Source: an uncultured Candidatus Saccharibacteria bacterium (GTDB lineage: Bacteria; Patescibacteriota; Minisyncoccia; Phycocordibacterales; UBA918). Taken from it: a DNA stretch of 64,000 nt. The stretch covers positions 97,538-161,537 of the forward strand of contig CAYGJY010000002.1 of assembly GCA_964350645.1 (NCBI GenBank). The letters run 5' to 3'. The notes under the pieces were generated by a model. The model saw only the letters and a list, made by a program, of their open reading frames with translations. It was not told the origin of the DNA and made no database searches. Positions 41,182 to 50,649 of this stretch are shown piece by piece (position 1 is the stretch's first letter; the number at the start of each line of letters is the position of its first letter). The translations under genes were made by a program, and so were the position numbers.

Positions 41182-42087
41182 CTACTCCCCTGCTTTGTAT
41201 TGTTCTAAGATTGCCATCGTACCAGCTAGGTTTCTCCCCCACTCGATACTGGCTGCAGCTTCCAACTCAACCGTGACAGCCGGGATACCGATTGACGCGA
41301 GCCATCCTTCTGCATCACCAGTGACTGGATAGGCAGTCCACAGTCCAGCTGCCTCATACCCAGAGGCTCCGGCATAGGTGTTCATAAGTACCGTTGTGCC
41401 CGGAAGAACTCCCTCACCGCACTCACTTTCAAATACAGCATTACCAATACTGTGCCAAAAGACAGCAGCAGTTGGTTGGTTTACAGCAACCCAGTCACGT
41501 AAGGCAGCTGCCTCTGGTTCAGAGAAAGCAGCGCTTCCCGCTGACACAACCGCGCCACGCCAAGTACTTTCTGGTGCCCATCTACAATCAAAGTTGCGGT
41601 TGAGGTCGACACCATTGGCGTTAAAGCGACCGTCGGCCAGTCGGGTGCTTGGGTCGGTGATGTCACTGATAGTGAATACACCATCTTTGCCAGTCACCAA
41701 AGCGGTTCCGTCTGGATTTAGGTTGGGAATAATCGTGACAGTTTGGTTGTCTGGAATTAATTCAGGATTTGTGATCAGATGGTCAATCATTTCGTAAGCG
41801 AGCAATGACGTGTTCCATTCATAGCCACCGTGTATTCCGCCGACAAAGAGAAGTGTCGTATCGCCGTCGCCAAATGAGTACGCCTCAATTGGTCGGCCAG
41901 TAACTGAGTTGCCGATAGTCGTGCTACTCATTGCGTAGACGACTAGCTCTGGCTCAGCTTCGACCTCTGGTTCAATAATCGCTGCAGGCTCGGGCACGGG
42001 CCAAAAGATCAAGGCTGTAATCAGACCGATGATGATGGCCGCACCACCAAAGACAATCGCTGCTTGGATTGTGGTGAAACGAAGCAT
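41182..42087 (-). CDS. M14 zinc carboxypeptidase (MpaA-like), membrane-anchored
   Basis: GGIHGGYE, NPDG, NANGVDLNRNF, FWHS, TVELE. Confidence 0.85.
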   Translation of the reverse strand: MLRFTTIQAAIVFGGAAIIIGLITALIFWPVPEPAAIIEPEVEAEPELVVYAMSSTTIGNSVTGRPIEAYSFGDGDTTLLFVGGIHGGYEWNTSLLAYEMIDHLITNPELIPDNQTVTIIPNLNPDGTALVTGKDGVFTISDITDPSTRLADGRFNANGVDLNRNFDCRWAPESTWRGAVVSAGSAAFSEPEAAALRDWVAVNQPTAAVFWHSIGNAVFESECGEGVLPGTTVLMNTYAGASGYEAAGLWTAYPVTGDAEGWLASIGIPAVTVELEAAASIEWGRNLAGTMAILEQYKAGE

Positions 42088-42093
42088 GGGTAA

Positions 42094-42978
42094 CTATTCA
42101 GCTGAAACAGATTGCAATACCGCTTCGAGGCCGGCTTTATTTTTGGCAAACTCACTACCGGTGTAGTCAGACAAGAGAACTCCGATGGCTGGTACGCCAA
42201 CTTTAGCCATCCAGTTGGTTGCGTCACCGCTGATCTTGTATGAATCAAACTCTTCATTAGCAGTGTAGCCAGACGCATCGGCATAGATACTAGTGAGAGC
42301 AGCTACATCAGCATCAAGTGCACCGCCACAGTTTGAGGCGTACACACCACCGTCTGCAGCGTAATACACTACAGCTGCAGCAATGGAATTAGCAGTTGCG
42401 TAGTCGCGCAGCGCTGCAGCTTCTGGTTCTGAGAAGGCCGCTGTCCCGCCGCTGACTGGGGTTGATCGCCAGACGCCTTCTGCGTCCCATTCACAATCAA
42501 AGTTACGGTTGAGGTCAACGTCGTCAGCATTCAAGCGAGCTGCTAAGGTATTGGCAGTGCCACGTGCGTCAGGGTTGAGGTTTGGGATAATGGTCACTTT
42601 TACATTCTCGGGTACGGTAATACTTCCAGCATCAAGAGCGGCCATGAGTTCTTCAGCGACAGTAACAGTGTTGGGAGCAAAAGCGCTATGGATTCCTCCG
42701 ACAACTAGGACTTCCCTGTCACCAGTACCAAAGTGATAGGCTGTGATGGTAGCTCCGTCAACTGATTGGCCAATGGCTACTTCAGTTTGTCGTTCGAGGA
42801 CTGAGAATGGGGTTGGCGGCTCAGCACCGTCACCAATGCCATTGTCTGGTTCTACTGGCATACGTTCAGTGTTTTCAGTATCGGTCGGGGTTGGCGCTTC
42901 TGCTTGGTCTGATAAGAGAAAGAATGCACCCGCACCAACGGCGAGGAGAGCGATGATTCCAATGATAATATTTTTCAT
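42094..42978 (-). CDS. M14 carboxypeptidase paralog, probably inactive
   Basis: VDLNRNFDC retained, but GGIHSAFAP, VYYA and GVLLS replace the Zn/catalytic residues. Confidence 0.8.
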   Translation of the reverse strand: MKNIIIGIIALLAVGAGAFFLLSDQAEAPTPTDTENTERMPVEPDNGIGDGAEPPTPFSVLERQTEVAIGQSVDGATITAYHFGTGDREVLVVGGIHSAFAPNTVTVAEELMAALDAGSITVPENVKVTIIPNLNPDARGTANTLAARLNADDVDLNRNFDCEWDAEGVWRSTPVSGGTAAFSEPEAAALRDYATANSIAAAVVYYAADGGVYASNCGGALDADVAALTSIYADASGYTANEEFDSYKISGDATNWMAKVGVPAIGVLLSDYTGSEFAKNKAGLEAVLQSVSAE

Positions 42979-43068
42979 GGGTATAGATTTGTTACGGACA
43001 ATAATACTCCTAGTATATCTGACTAATGAAGGTTTGATAATTATGGCTTACTTGAGAGGTCTCTCAGC

Positions 43069-46000
43069 CTATTCTTGGGTTAAATATTCCTTATGATGTT
43101 TAGGAATGAAGTGTTTGAGACCGCCGATGTGTTGTGAGTATTCGATGGCATCGATGAAAGCGCGTGCTAGTTTTATGTCATTAATAAGAGTGATGCCCGC
43201 ATCGACTGATTTGCGACGGATGGCAAAGCCATCCGTCTTTTCCTTCCGATTACGCTTGTTATGAGTATTGATGACCAAATCAATCGTGCCGGATTCAATT
43301 AGTGAAATGGTGTGGGGCTCCCCTTCAGATAATTTGTTGATGCAAAGTGCTTGCACAGCATGCTCACCAAGGACACGACAAGTGCCGTGAGTTGCGTAGA
43401 TTGGAAGTTTAAGCGTGTTTAGTTTTTTGGCGTATTTTACAAACTCAAGTTTTTCTTCATCTTCCCCGAGTGAAATAAGAACTCCTTTTTTAGGTAGCGG
43501 ATTGCCGGCTGCGACAAAGGCGTGCAAAAAAGCTTCTTGTTTGGTGTCACCAAAAGCAGCGACTTCACCAGTTGAGGCCATCTCAACTCCTAAGGTTGGG
43601 TCAGCTCCTTTCAAACGAGAGAAAGAGAACTGTGGCACTTTGATCCCAACGTGATCGAGATCGATTGTGTGGTAACGGCCTGAGATATCGATCCCCAGAA
43701 AAGCCTGTGTCGCCAGGTCGATAAAGTTGTAACCGGTTACCTTGCTGACAAAGGGAAAAGAGCGACTGGCACGTAAGTTACACTCAATCACTTTGATGTT
43801 GTTATCTCGAGCGAGAAACTGAATATTGAATGGTCCGGTGATATTGAGTTCTTTGACGATTTTCTTAGCAGCCGTTTTTATTTGACGCATGGTTTCAACG
43901 TAGATTTGCTGGGGTGGCAACATCACTGAAGCATCGCCCGAGTGTACGCCAGCATTTTGAATGTGTTCACTGATAGCGTAAATCTGCAACTTGCCATTTT
44001 GGGCGACGCCGTCGATTTCAATTTCCTTGGCACCGTCTTCAAACTTAGAAACTACCACTGGGTGCTCTTTTGAAACATCGCCAGCTTTCTCAAGAAAGCC
44101 TTGAAGTTCACTTTCTGAATAACAAATGCGCATAGCAGCACCAGAGAGTACGTAGGAGGGTCGGACAATTACTGGATACCCTACTCGTTTAGCAAAATCG
44201 AAAGATGTTTTGGTTGAGGTTGACTCAGCCCAAAGTGGTTGATCGATCTCGAGTGTATCTAAGAGGGCTGAGAATTTATTGCGGTTCTCAGCACGGTCAA
44301 TGTCATCAGCATCAGTTCCCATGATCGGAATACCGGCCGCCTTAAGCTTGGTAGCGATATTGTTGGCCACTTGTCCACCCATGCTGATGACGACGCCGTC
44401 TGGTTTTTCAGCTTCGCAAATATCTCGGATGCGCTCGACACTAATCTCATCAAAATACAGGGAGTCGCACATGTCGTAGTCAGTTGAGACGGTCTCAGGG
44501 TTGTAGTTGAGCATGATGGTGCTATGGCCGAGTCGCGTCAGGGTTTTGACGACGTTCACACATGACCAGTCAAACTCAACTGATGAACCAATACAGTAGG
44601 GTCCCGAACCAATTACCATGATTTTTTGCTTCCCTTTTTTGGGGCTAGTCGGAGTGATATCGTGTTCGCTCGCTTGATAGGTGCTGTAGAGGTAGTTGGT
44701 TTTAGCTGGGAATTCAGCAGCGAGGGTGTCGATTTGTTTGATGGCTGGTAGTAGGTTTTGCTTGCGTCGCTTTTGGTAGACTTGCTCTTCAGTATGGCTA
44801 GTCAGTTCACTGATGCGGCGGTCAGAAAAACCAGTTTGTTTGGCTTCTAGTAAAAGTGTTGCTGAAAGTGTCTTAGCATTGGCTAACTTTTCCTTCACGA
44901 CATATATATGATGCAGTTTTTCCAAAAACCACCGATCAATCTTCGTGAGCTTATAAATATCTTCTACACTCATTCCTTCTTCAAATCCACGAGCAATCGC
45001 AAACATCCGTTTGTGGGTTGGTTCAGACAAAGCTTTTTTGAGGTTAGGTGCATTGTAGGTGAGATCGGTAAAGCCATCGGCACCAATCTGGAGACAGCGG
45101 ATTGCTTTTTGGATGGCTTCTTCGAAGTTACGACCAATCGCCATTACCTCTCCGACTGATTTCATTTCGGTGCCGATGCGCGCATCAACCGCGTCAAATT
45201 TTTCTAAGTCCCAACGTGGGTACTTCACTACTAAATAGTCGAGTGATGGTTCGAAAAAAGAATTGGTTTCTTTGGTGATGGCGTTTGGGATGTCTTTCAT
45301 CAGATAGCCAAGCCCGATCTTCGCTGCGACAAACGCGAGTGGATAGCCGGTGGCTTTTGAGGCCAAGGCTGAAGAGCGTGAGAGACGGGCATTGAGCTCG
45401 ATTACTTTGTATTGGCGTGAATGAGGATCTAAGGTGAACTGTACATTACACTCCCCGACAATCCCAAAGTGCCGCACGATTTTGAGTGCAGCAGAACGCA
45501 ACATGTGATACTCGTGGTTGTCTAAGGTTTGTGATGGTGAGACAACGATACTCTCGCCAGTGTGAATGCCGAGCGGGTCAAAGTTTTCCATGTTACAGAC
45601 CGCGATCGCGTTGTCGTCTTTATCACGCACGAGTTCATATTCAAGTTCTTTCCAGCCAGTCAGGTTTTCTTCGACCAACACTTGCGGTGAGTGAGAAAAC
45701 GCTTTATCTAAAATTGCTCCGAGTTCAGTCTCATTGTCTGCCCGACCAGAACCAAGTCCGCCAAGTGCAAAGGCAGCGCGGATCAAGACTGGATACCCCA
45801 TTTTCTCCACTGCCTTCATGGCAGCCGCTTTGTTACGACACGGAATACTCTTTGGAAATGGAATGCCGATCTTCTTTAGCTCAGCATTAAATTTCTTCCG
45901 ATCTTCCGTCGCGTCAATTACAGCGACTGGCGTGCCTAAGACAGTGACGTTATATTTTTTGAGAATACCCTTCTTCTCGAGTTCAATGCCACAATTGAGG

Positions 46001-46299
46001 GCGGTTTGTCCACCAAAAGAGAGAAAAATTCCTTCTGGTCTTTCTCGTTCAATAACCTTCGTTACATACTCAAGCGTGACCGGAAGAAAGTACACTTTGT
46101 CGGCGAAGTCGGGGTCAGTCTGGACGGTCGCGATGTTCGGGTTGATGACGACCCCTTCAATGCCTTCTTCTTTTAAGGCTTTGAGAGCTTGGCTACCCGA
46201 GTAATCAAACTCCCCCGCTTGGCCGATCCGTAAACCACCTGATCCCAAGACGAGCACTTTCTTGATGTTTTTTGGAATCGTGTAGGCGGTCTTTTGCAT
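43069..46299 (-). CDS. carB: Carbamoyl-phosphate synthase large subunit
   Basis: GSGGLRIGQAGEFDYSG, two ATP-grasp halves, NYNPETVSTDYD, MGS domain. Confidence 0.97.
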   Translation of the reverse strand: MQKTAYTIPKNIKKVLVLGSGGLRIGQAGEFDYSGSQALKALKEEGIEGVVINPNIATVQTDPDFADKVYFLPVTLEYVTKVIERERPEGIFLSFGGQTALNCGIELEKKGILKKYNVTVLGTPVAVIDATEDRKKFNAELKKIGIPFPKSIPCRNKAAAMKAVEKMGYPVLIRAAFALGGLGSGRADNETELGAILDKAFSHSPQVLVEENLTGWKELEYELVRDKDDNAIAVCNMENFDPLGIHTGESIVVSPSQTLDNHEYHMLRSAALKIVRHFGIVGECNVQFTLDPHSRQYKVIELNARLSRSSALASKATGYPLAFVAAKIGLGYLMKDIPNAITKETNSFFEPSLDYLVVKYPRWDLEKFDAVDARIGTEMKSVGEVMAIGRNFEEAIQKAIRCLQIGADGFTDLTYNAPNLKKALSEPTHKRMFAIARGFEEGMSVEDIYKLTKIDRWFLEKLHHIYVVKEKLANAKTLSATLLLEAKQTGFSDRRISELTSHTEEQVYQKRRKQNLLPAIKQIDTLAAEFPAKTNYLYSTYQASEHDITPTSPKKGKQKIMVIGSGPYCIGSSVEFDWSCVNVVKTLTRLGHSTIMLNYNPETVSTDYDMCDSLYFDEISVERIRDICEAEKPDGVVISMGGQVANNIATKLKAAGIPIMGTDADDIDRAENRNKFSALLDTLEIDQPLWAESTSTKTSFDFAKRVGYPVIVRPSYVLSGAAMRICYSESELQGFLEKAGDVSKEHPVVVSKFEDGAKEIEIDGVAQNGKLQIYAISEHIQNAGVHSGDASVMLPPQQIYVETMRQIKTAAKKIVKELNITGPFNIQFLARDNNIKVIECNLRASRSFPFVSKVTGYNFIDLATQAFLGIDISGRYHTIDLDHVGIKVPQFSFSRLKGADPTLGVEMASTGEVAAFGDTKQEAFLHAFVAAGNPLPKKGVLISLGEDEEKLEFVKYAKKLNTLKLPIYATHGTCRVLGEHAVQALCINKLSEGEPHTISLIESGTIDLVINTHNKRNRKEKTDGFAIRRKSVDAGITLINDIKLARAFIDAIEYSQHIGGLKHFIPKHHKEYLTQE

Positions 46300-46303
46300 A
46301 AAA

Positions 46304-47416
46304 TTATTTGGCTAAGGAATCAATAAATGTTTGGAATAAATACTGAGCATCTTCTGGACCAGGGAAACTTTCTGGATGAAACTGCACAGCGCGAGCTGGT
46401 CGGTCAGTAAACTGCACGCCCTCGATTGATTCATCATGTAAATTGATGAACCACGGTTTGATGTTTTTCGGTAAGGTTTTTTCTTGCACCGCAAAACCGT
46501 GGTTTTGTGAGGTGATGATGCAGTGCTTGGTGTCGACATCCATGCAGGGCTGGTTTTGCCCGCGGTGTCCGTATGGTAGCTTGGCGGTTTTAGCACCACC
46601 GGCGAGTGAGAGGATTTGGTTCCCAAGGCAAATGCCAAAGATTGGTAGCTTCGCTTCAAGTGCTTTAGCTACTTCTTTGATCAGCGGTGTGTTCATCGCT
46701 GGGTTCCCTGGTCCGTTCGGGAGAAAGAGGGCGTCGAACCGGAGCACACCTGATTGTCGCTCCTCCATAAAGTGATAATCAGACGGCACACGGATGATGG
46801 TTGTATCAAACTTTAGCAGGTTACGGATGATATTGAGCTTCACGCCGGTGTCAGGGAGACAGATTCTAATGTTGCCGCTGCCGTACTCAGTCACTTCTTT
46901 GATTGAGACTTGGCTAACCAAATCTTCAGTGTCAGTATTGCGTACCCATTTTTGTTGAACGGTTTTACTTGGTAGTTTCCCCACATAGATTTTCCCTGGC
47001 ATTGCCCCAGTCTCCCGAATCTTTTGCACAATCGTTCGGGTATCAATCCCGCTGATGGCGGGTACCTGGTGTTCTTTGAGCCAGTCGCCAAGAGATTGTT
47101 CTTCAGTAAAGTGACTAGGGGTGTTTTGGTATTCGCTCACTACCAGTCCAGTGACATGAATCTCGTCTGATTCAAAGTATTCGCGGAGGCCAAACGCAGA
47201 AACGGCATTCCAATCAGGAATGCCGTAGGTGCCTTGGAGTGGATACGTCGTGACGAGGATTTGCCCACGGTACGACGGGTCGGTCAGTGTCTCTGGGTAA
47301 CCGGCCATGCCAGTGTTGAAAACTACCTCCCCCTCCACGCCATCCTTTGGAGAATAACCAAAGCTAGTACCCTCATAGGTTGTTCCGTCTTTCAGTACCA
47401 GCCAAGCGCGACTCAT
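46304..47416 (-). CDS. carA: Carbamoyl-phosphate synthase small subunit
   Basis: GEVVFNTGM, LTDPSY, GICLGNQ, QFHPE. Confidence 0.97.
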   Translation of the reverse strand: MSRAWLVLKDGTTYEGTSFGYSPKDGVEGEVVFNTGMAGYPETLTDPSYRGQILVTTYPLQGTYGIPDWNAVSAFGLREYFESDEIHVTGLVVSEYQNTPSHFTEEQSLGDWLKEHQVPAISGIDTRTIVQKIRETGAMPGKIYVGKLPSKTVQQKWVRNTDTEDLVSQVSIKEVTEYGSGNIRICLPDTGVKLNIIRNLLKFDTTIIRVPSDYHFMEERQSGVLRFDALFLPNGPGNPAMNTPLIKEVAKALEAKLPIFGICLGNQILSLAGGAKTAKLPYGHRGQNQPCMDVDTKHCIITSQNHGFAVQEKTLPKNIKPWFINLHDESIEGVQFTDRPARAVQFHPESFPGPEDAQYLFQTFIDSLAK

Positions 47417-47458
47417 TAAGTCCCAAGTATAGCGTAGGGGCAAAAAGATGCAAAATAT

Positions 47459-48847
47459 TTAATCTATATTCGGTAGGTGTACTGATATTACTGATGGTAC
47501 TGGCCTTCCCTTGCGCGACCACAAGTATTGGTGTTCACCCTCAGCGTCTAAAAGCCCCTGACCACTTTTATGTCGCTCATGTAAACGTAAATACTGGGTA
47601 TTTCCATTAGCTCCAATATCACCAGTTTTCGGGTCATTAACATAGGTGATACGGGAAGATTGACCTCCATCAAGGAACACAGCCCACTTTACATTTTTTG
47701 GTATATTTTTAGCTGCCTCATGAGGCGTGACCCCCTTCATATATTGAGATCGAGGTACTGCATCAAAAACAACAAAATGAAAAAAGCCATCGGTGTCCTC
47801 ATAAGCAATTGATCGAGCGTAGCGTTGGTTTGGTGAAAATGGTGGAAATGTACCTAATGATTGGTCATGGTTAATGTCATGGTCACTATTCTCCAAAAAA
47901 TGATGCACTGAAGGACCAACAGTAATAGCTGATGCTACGTCACTGAGTCTAACGTCATCAATAAATGTTGGTTCAACTACCGATCCAACTTTCACTAAAT
48001 GAGAATTTTGTTTGTTTGTCTGTAAAATAAATGTTCCCTTAAAAAAATCCGTTCCACCACCTTCATTAATTTCTGAAATGTAGAGTTCGCCGTTATCTGG
48101 GTTGACGCTTACTACAAGGTCGTCCACCCCTTCTCGAATAGGTGTTTGATTTAAGTCTTTGCGCAGGCGCCGAAGGCTCTTTTTATCCTTAGGATCATCA
48201 TAGGCAATAGTGCAGCAAGCTGAGTTAAAAAGAATTGTTGTATTACTGTCTGCATATTCCGAAATGTCTGTCCGTCTATGTGCAACAGCTTCCCCGCCAA
48301 CCCAGTCGATGTCATTGTTACATATTTGGATACTGCCTCTGGCAAGTAATTTTTTTGCTTGCAGTTTCCCGTCCAAATTAACCATGATCGCTTCGCGAGA
48401 AGCCGATGGTAGGCCAATAACTTTACCGTTTCTAATATTTAGGTTGTACATCAATTCTTGGGGAGCGTTTTCAGTTTTTTCATCTTCTAAATAAAAGAAA
48501 GGTCCGTTGATGACTGCTGCAGGCGTTCCGTACTGGATAGAGTTTCTGTTTTTTGGATGAAAAAGTCGATGCTGGTAGAAAAAATCAGTACCGGTAATAA
48601 TGTTTGCACGAGAATCGACCCCAAATTTGAGATCATATTTGTTGGCGAAATGGCCTTCGCCAAGTTCAATAGTCTCTTGGGTAAGTTCCAACCCAGGTTG
48701 TAATTCACGACTTTCGGCCTCAATTCTTTTTGCAAATGTTTCAGGATCCTTAATTAATTTTTCAGCTTCATCGTAACTTACCGCCTCACCTTCAGTGAGA
48801 TGTTTCATTGCCATTGTTAAGTTGGCGTCTTTGAGTATTTTCTCCAT
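47459..48847 (-). CDS. Phosphodiester glycosidase (NAGPA-like) domain protein
   Basis: INGPFF, ARSIAY and FLDGGQSS resemble the family N-G-F / R / LDGGGS motifs; AT-rich. Confidence 0.55.
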   Translation of the reverse strand: MEKILKDANLTMAMKHLTEGEAVSYDEAEKLIKDPETFAKRIEAESRELQPGLELTQETIELGEGHFANKYDLKFGVDSRANIITGTDFFYQHRLFHPKNRNSIQYGTPAAVINGPFFYLEDEKTENAPQELMYNLNIRNGKVIGLPSASREAIMVNLDGKLQAKKLLARGSIQICNNDIDWVGGEAVAHRRTDISEYADSNTTILFNSACCTIAYDDPKDKKSLRRLRKDLNQTPIREGVDDLVVSVNPDNGELYISEINEGGGTDFFKGTFILQTNKQNSHLVKVGSVVEPTFIDDVRLSDVASAITVGPSVHHFLENSDHDINHDQSLGTFPPFSPNQRYARSIAYEDTDGFFHFVVFDAVPRSQYMKGVTPHEAAKNIPKNVKWAVFLDGGQSSRITYVNDPKTGDIGANGNTQYLRLHERHKSGQGLLDAEGEHQYLWSRKGRPVPSVISVHLPNID

Positions 48848-48974
48848 GTTTACATATATAGCACAGATTAAATGTTTACCTAAATAGGATTTGTTATCAG
48901 TATAGTTTATAAAACCGGTACCTCATGAGGAATGATTTCCTGAAACGTCATCAAACTTCTGTTATAGTATTTTA

Positions 48975-49781
48975 ATGAAAATCTACTCGTGGAACGTGAA
49001 TGGGATTCGGGCGGTGCAGAAGAAGGGTTTGTTTGAGCCGTTTATAGCTAAACATCAACCTGATGTGCTCTGTATTCAGGAAACCAAGGCGCAGCCAGAG
49101 CAGGTGGAGGAAGAAATGGCTGAATTATTCCCCGAATATGAGCAACATTGGCACTCAGCAGAGAAAAAAGGCTACTCTAGTACGGCGATTTTCACTAAAA
49201 TAGCCCCAGAAGACGTCATGGTTGGTCTACCAGAAGACGTGAAACAGGCCTATAAACTCGAGGATTCTTATGGGGATACCACGAAAGAAGGTCGGGTAAT
49301 GGTGGCTGAATACGAGCATTTTTATATTTCTACTGTCTATACACCTAATGCCAAAGATGATTTGAGTCGTATACCCATGCGTCAAGCCTGGGATCCGGCG
49401 TACTTGGAATACATGAAACAGCTCCAGAGTAAGAAACCGGTCATCTTCTGCGGCGACTTCAACGTGGCACACACGGAACTGGACCTTGCGAGACCAAAAG
49501 AGAACCGTGGGAAGAAGGGATTTACCGATGAAGAGCGAGCGGGCTTCGATGCCATGCTTGCAGCTGGGTTTGTGGACACACTTCGAGTGAAACATCCAGA
49601 CACACCGGATCTCTATACGTGGTGGAGCCACTGGGGTGGTGCGCGTGAGAGAAATGTTGGTTGGCGGATCGACTATGTGATGGTCAGCGAATCACTCCAG
49701 AGTGTTCTTACGGATGCAAAAATTCACCCAGAAGTACTAGGTAGTGATCACTGCCCTGTTTCGGTAGATTTGGCAATTTAA
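48975..49781 (+). CDS. xth: Exodeoxyribonuclease III / AP endonuclease
   Basis: SWNVNGIR, IQETK, GDFNVAH, GWRIDY, GSDHCP. Confidence 0.96.
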   Translation: MKIYSWNVNGIRAVQKKGLFEPFIAKHQPDVLCIQETKAQPEQVEEEMAELFPEYEQHWHSAEKKGYSSTAIFTKIAPEDVMVGLPEDVKQAYKLEDSYGDTTKEGRVMVAEYEHFYISTVYTPNAKDDLSRIPMRQAWDPAYLEYMKQLQSKKPVIFCGDFNVAHTELDLARPKENRGKKGFTDEERAGFDAMLAAGFVDTLRVKHPDTPDLYTWWSHWGGARERNVGWRIDYVMVSESLQSVLTDAKIHPEVLGSDHCPVSVDLAI

Positions 49782-49810
49782 ACAATCACACGAAAGCTAT
49801 TTATGTCAAG

Positions 49811-49844
49811 ACATTAAAACGGCTCTACAGAGCCGTTTTAATGT
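49811..49844 (+). terminator. xth terminator
   Basis: ACATTAAAACGGCTCT-AC-AGAGCCGTTTTAATGT. Confidence 0.75.
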
Positions 49845-49934
49845 GTCTTTTATAAAGGACAATAACAAAAAGTTTTCCCCAGTTATACACACGTCTGTCC
49901 TTTACACTACCCTATAAAGGACATACTATATTGG

Positions 49935-50381
49935 TAGGCCCAGCAAGGGCGAGCACAGTACTCCAGAGTTTTGCCAAGAAGAACGTTCGAAGCAAAACTC
50001 TGGAGGAATGTCTTAAAGAGCACATTCAAAATAATAGAGGACGAAAGTCCTCACAGAGATAATACCTCCATCTCTAAAAGTTCATAACATTCCCACCTAA
50101 TTGACTCGACTTACCTATGAGTCGCGAAGAGGACCGAAGTGTAGAGCCTTCGATTCTCCTCACGACTCATAGATAAGAAGTTAAGTTAAAACTTATCTAA
50201 ACGAGTCACAAAAGAGTAAAAATAGCGGAATCCTCGTCAACAACCTTCCACAGTTGAAGACAAGAAAAGGAGACCACTGAGGCAATTGCCTCTCTACTCT
50301 ATATCAAAGACCTGTCGGGGTCTCGGCAGTTAATCACCTTCACCACTGATTGACTTCCAAGATCCCCGCGGGTCTTTTTTT
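49935..50381 (+). ncRNA. Candidate large structured ncRNA, unassigned (may extend to about 50637)
   Basis: TTTACA-17-TACTAT promoter at 49901-49929; at least 7 stems including a GAAA tetraloop; long terminal hairpin plus T7; no ORF. Confidence 0.6.
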
Positions 50382-50649
50382 ATGGAATTAAGAAGCAGCA
50401 AAGCTGCGACTATATTTCCATTATGCAAACACCCAGTAGTTTCGACCCTCATAGGGAGAAAATACGCGGTGTCTTGCCTAGTAGTTCAAACTTATCTAAA
50501 CTCTCTATACGCAGTGATCAAGCCATCAAAAGGCGAATACGCACTAGTGTCTTGCCAGGTAATCCGTATTTTTTATATTCAAGTTACATACCCGCCTAAA
50601 AGGGCAGAAATACTTTGTATTTCTGCCCTTTTAGCGTCCACATGATCGT

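Noticed and set aside
50037-50052. GAGGACGAAAGTCC as an RNase P RNA or hammerhead signature
   Set aside because: It forms a simple GNRA hairpin; I found no P4 partner (AnAnAAnnCGGCTTA-like) and no upstream CTGAnGA core.
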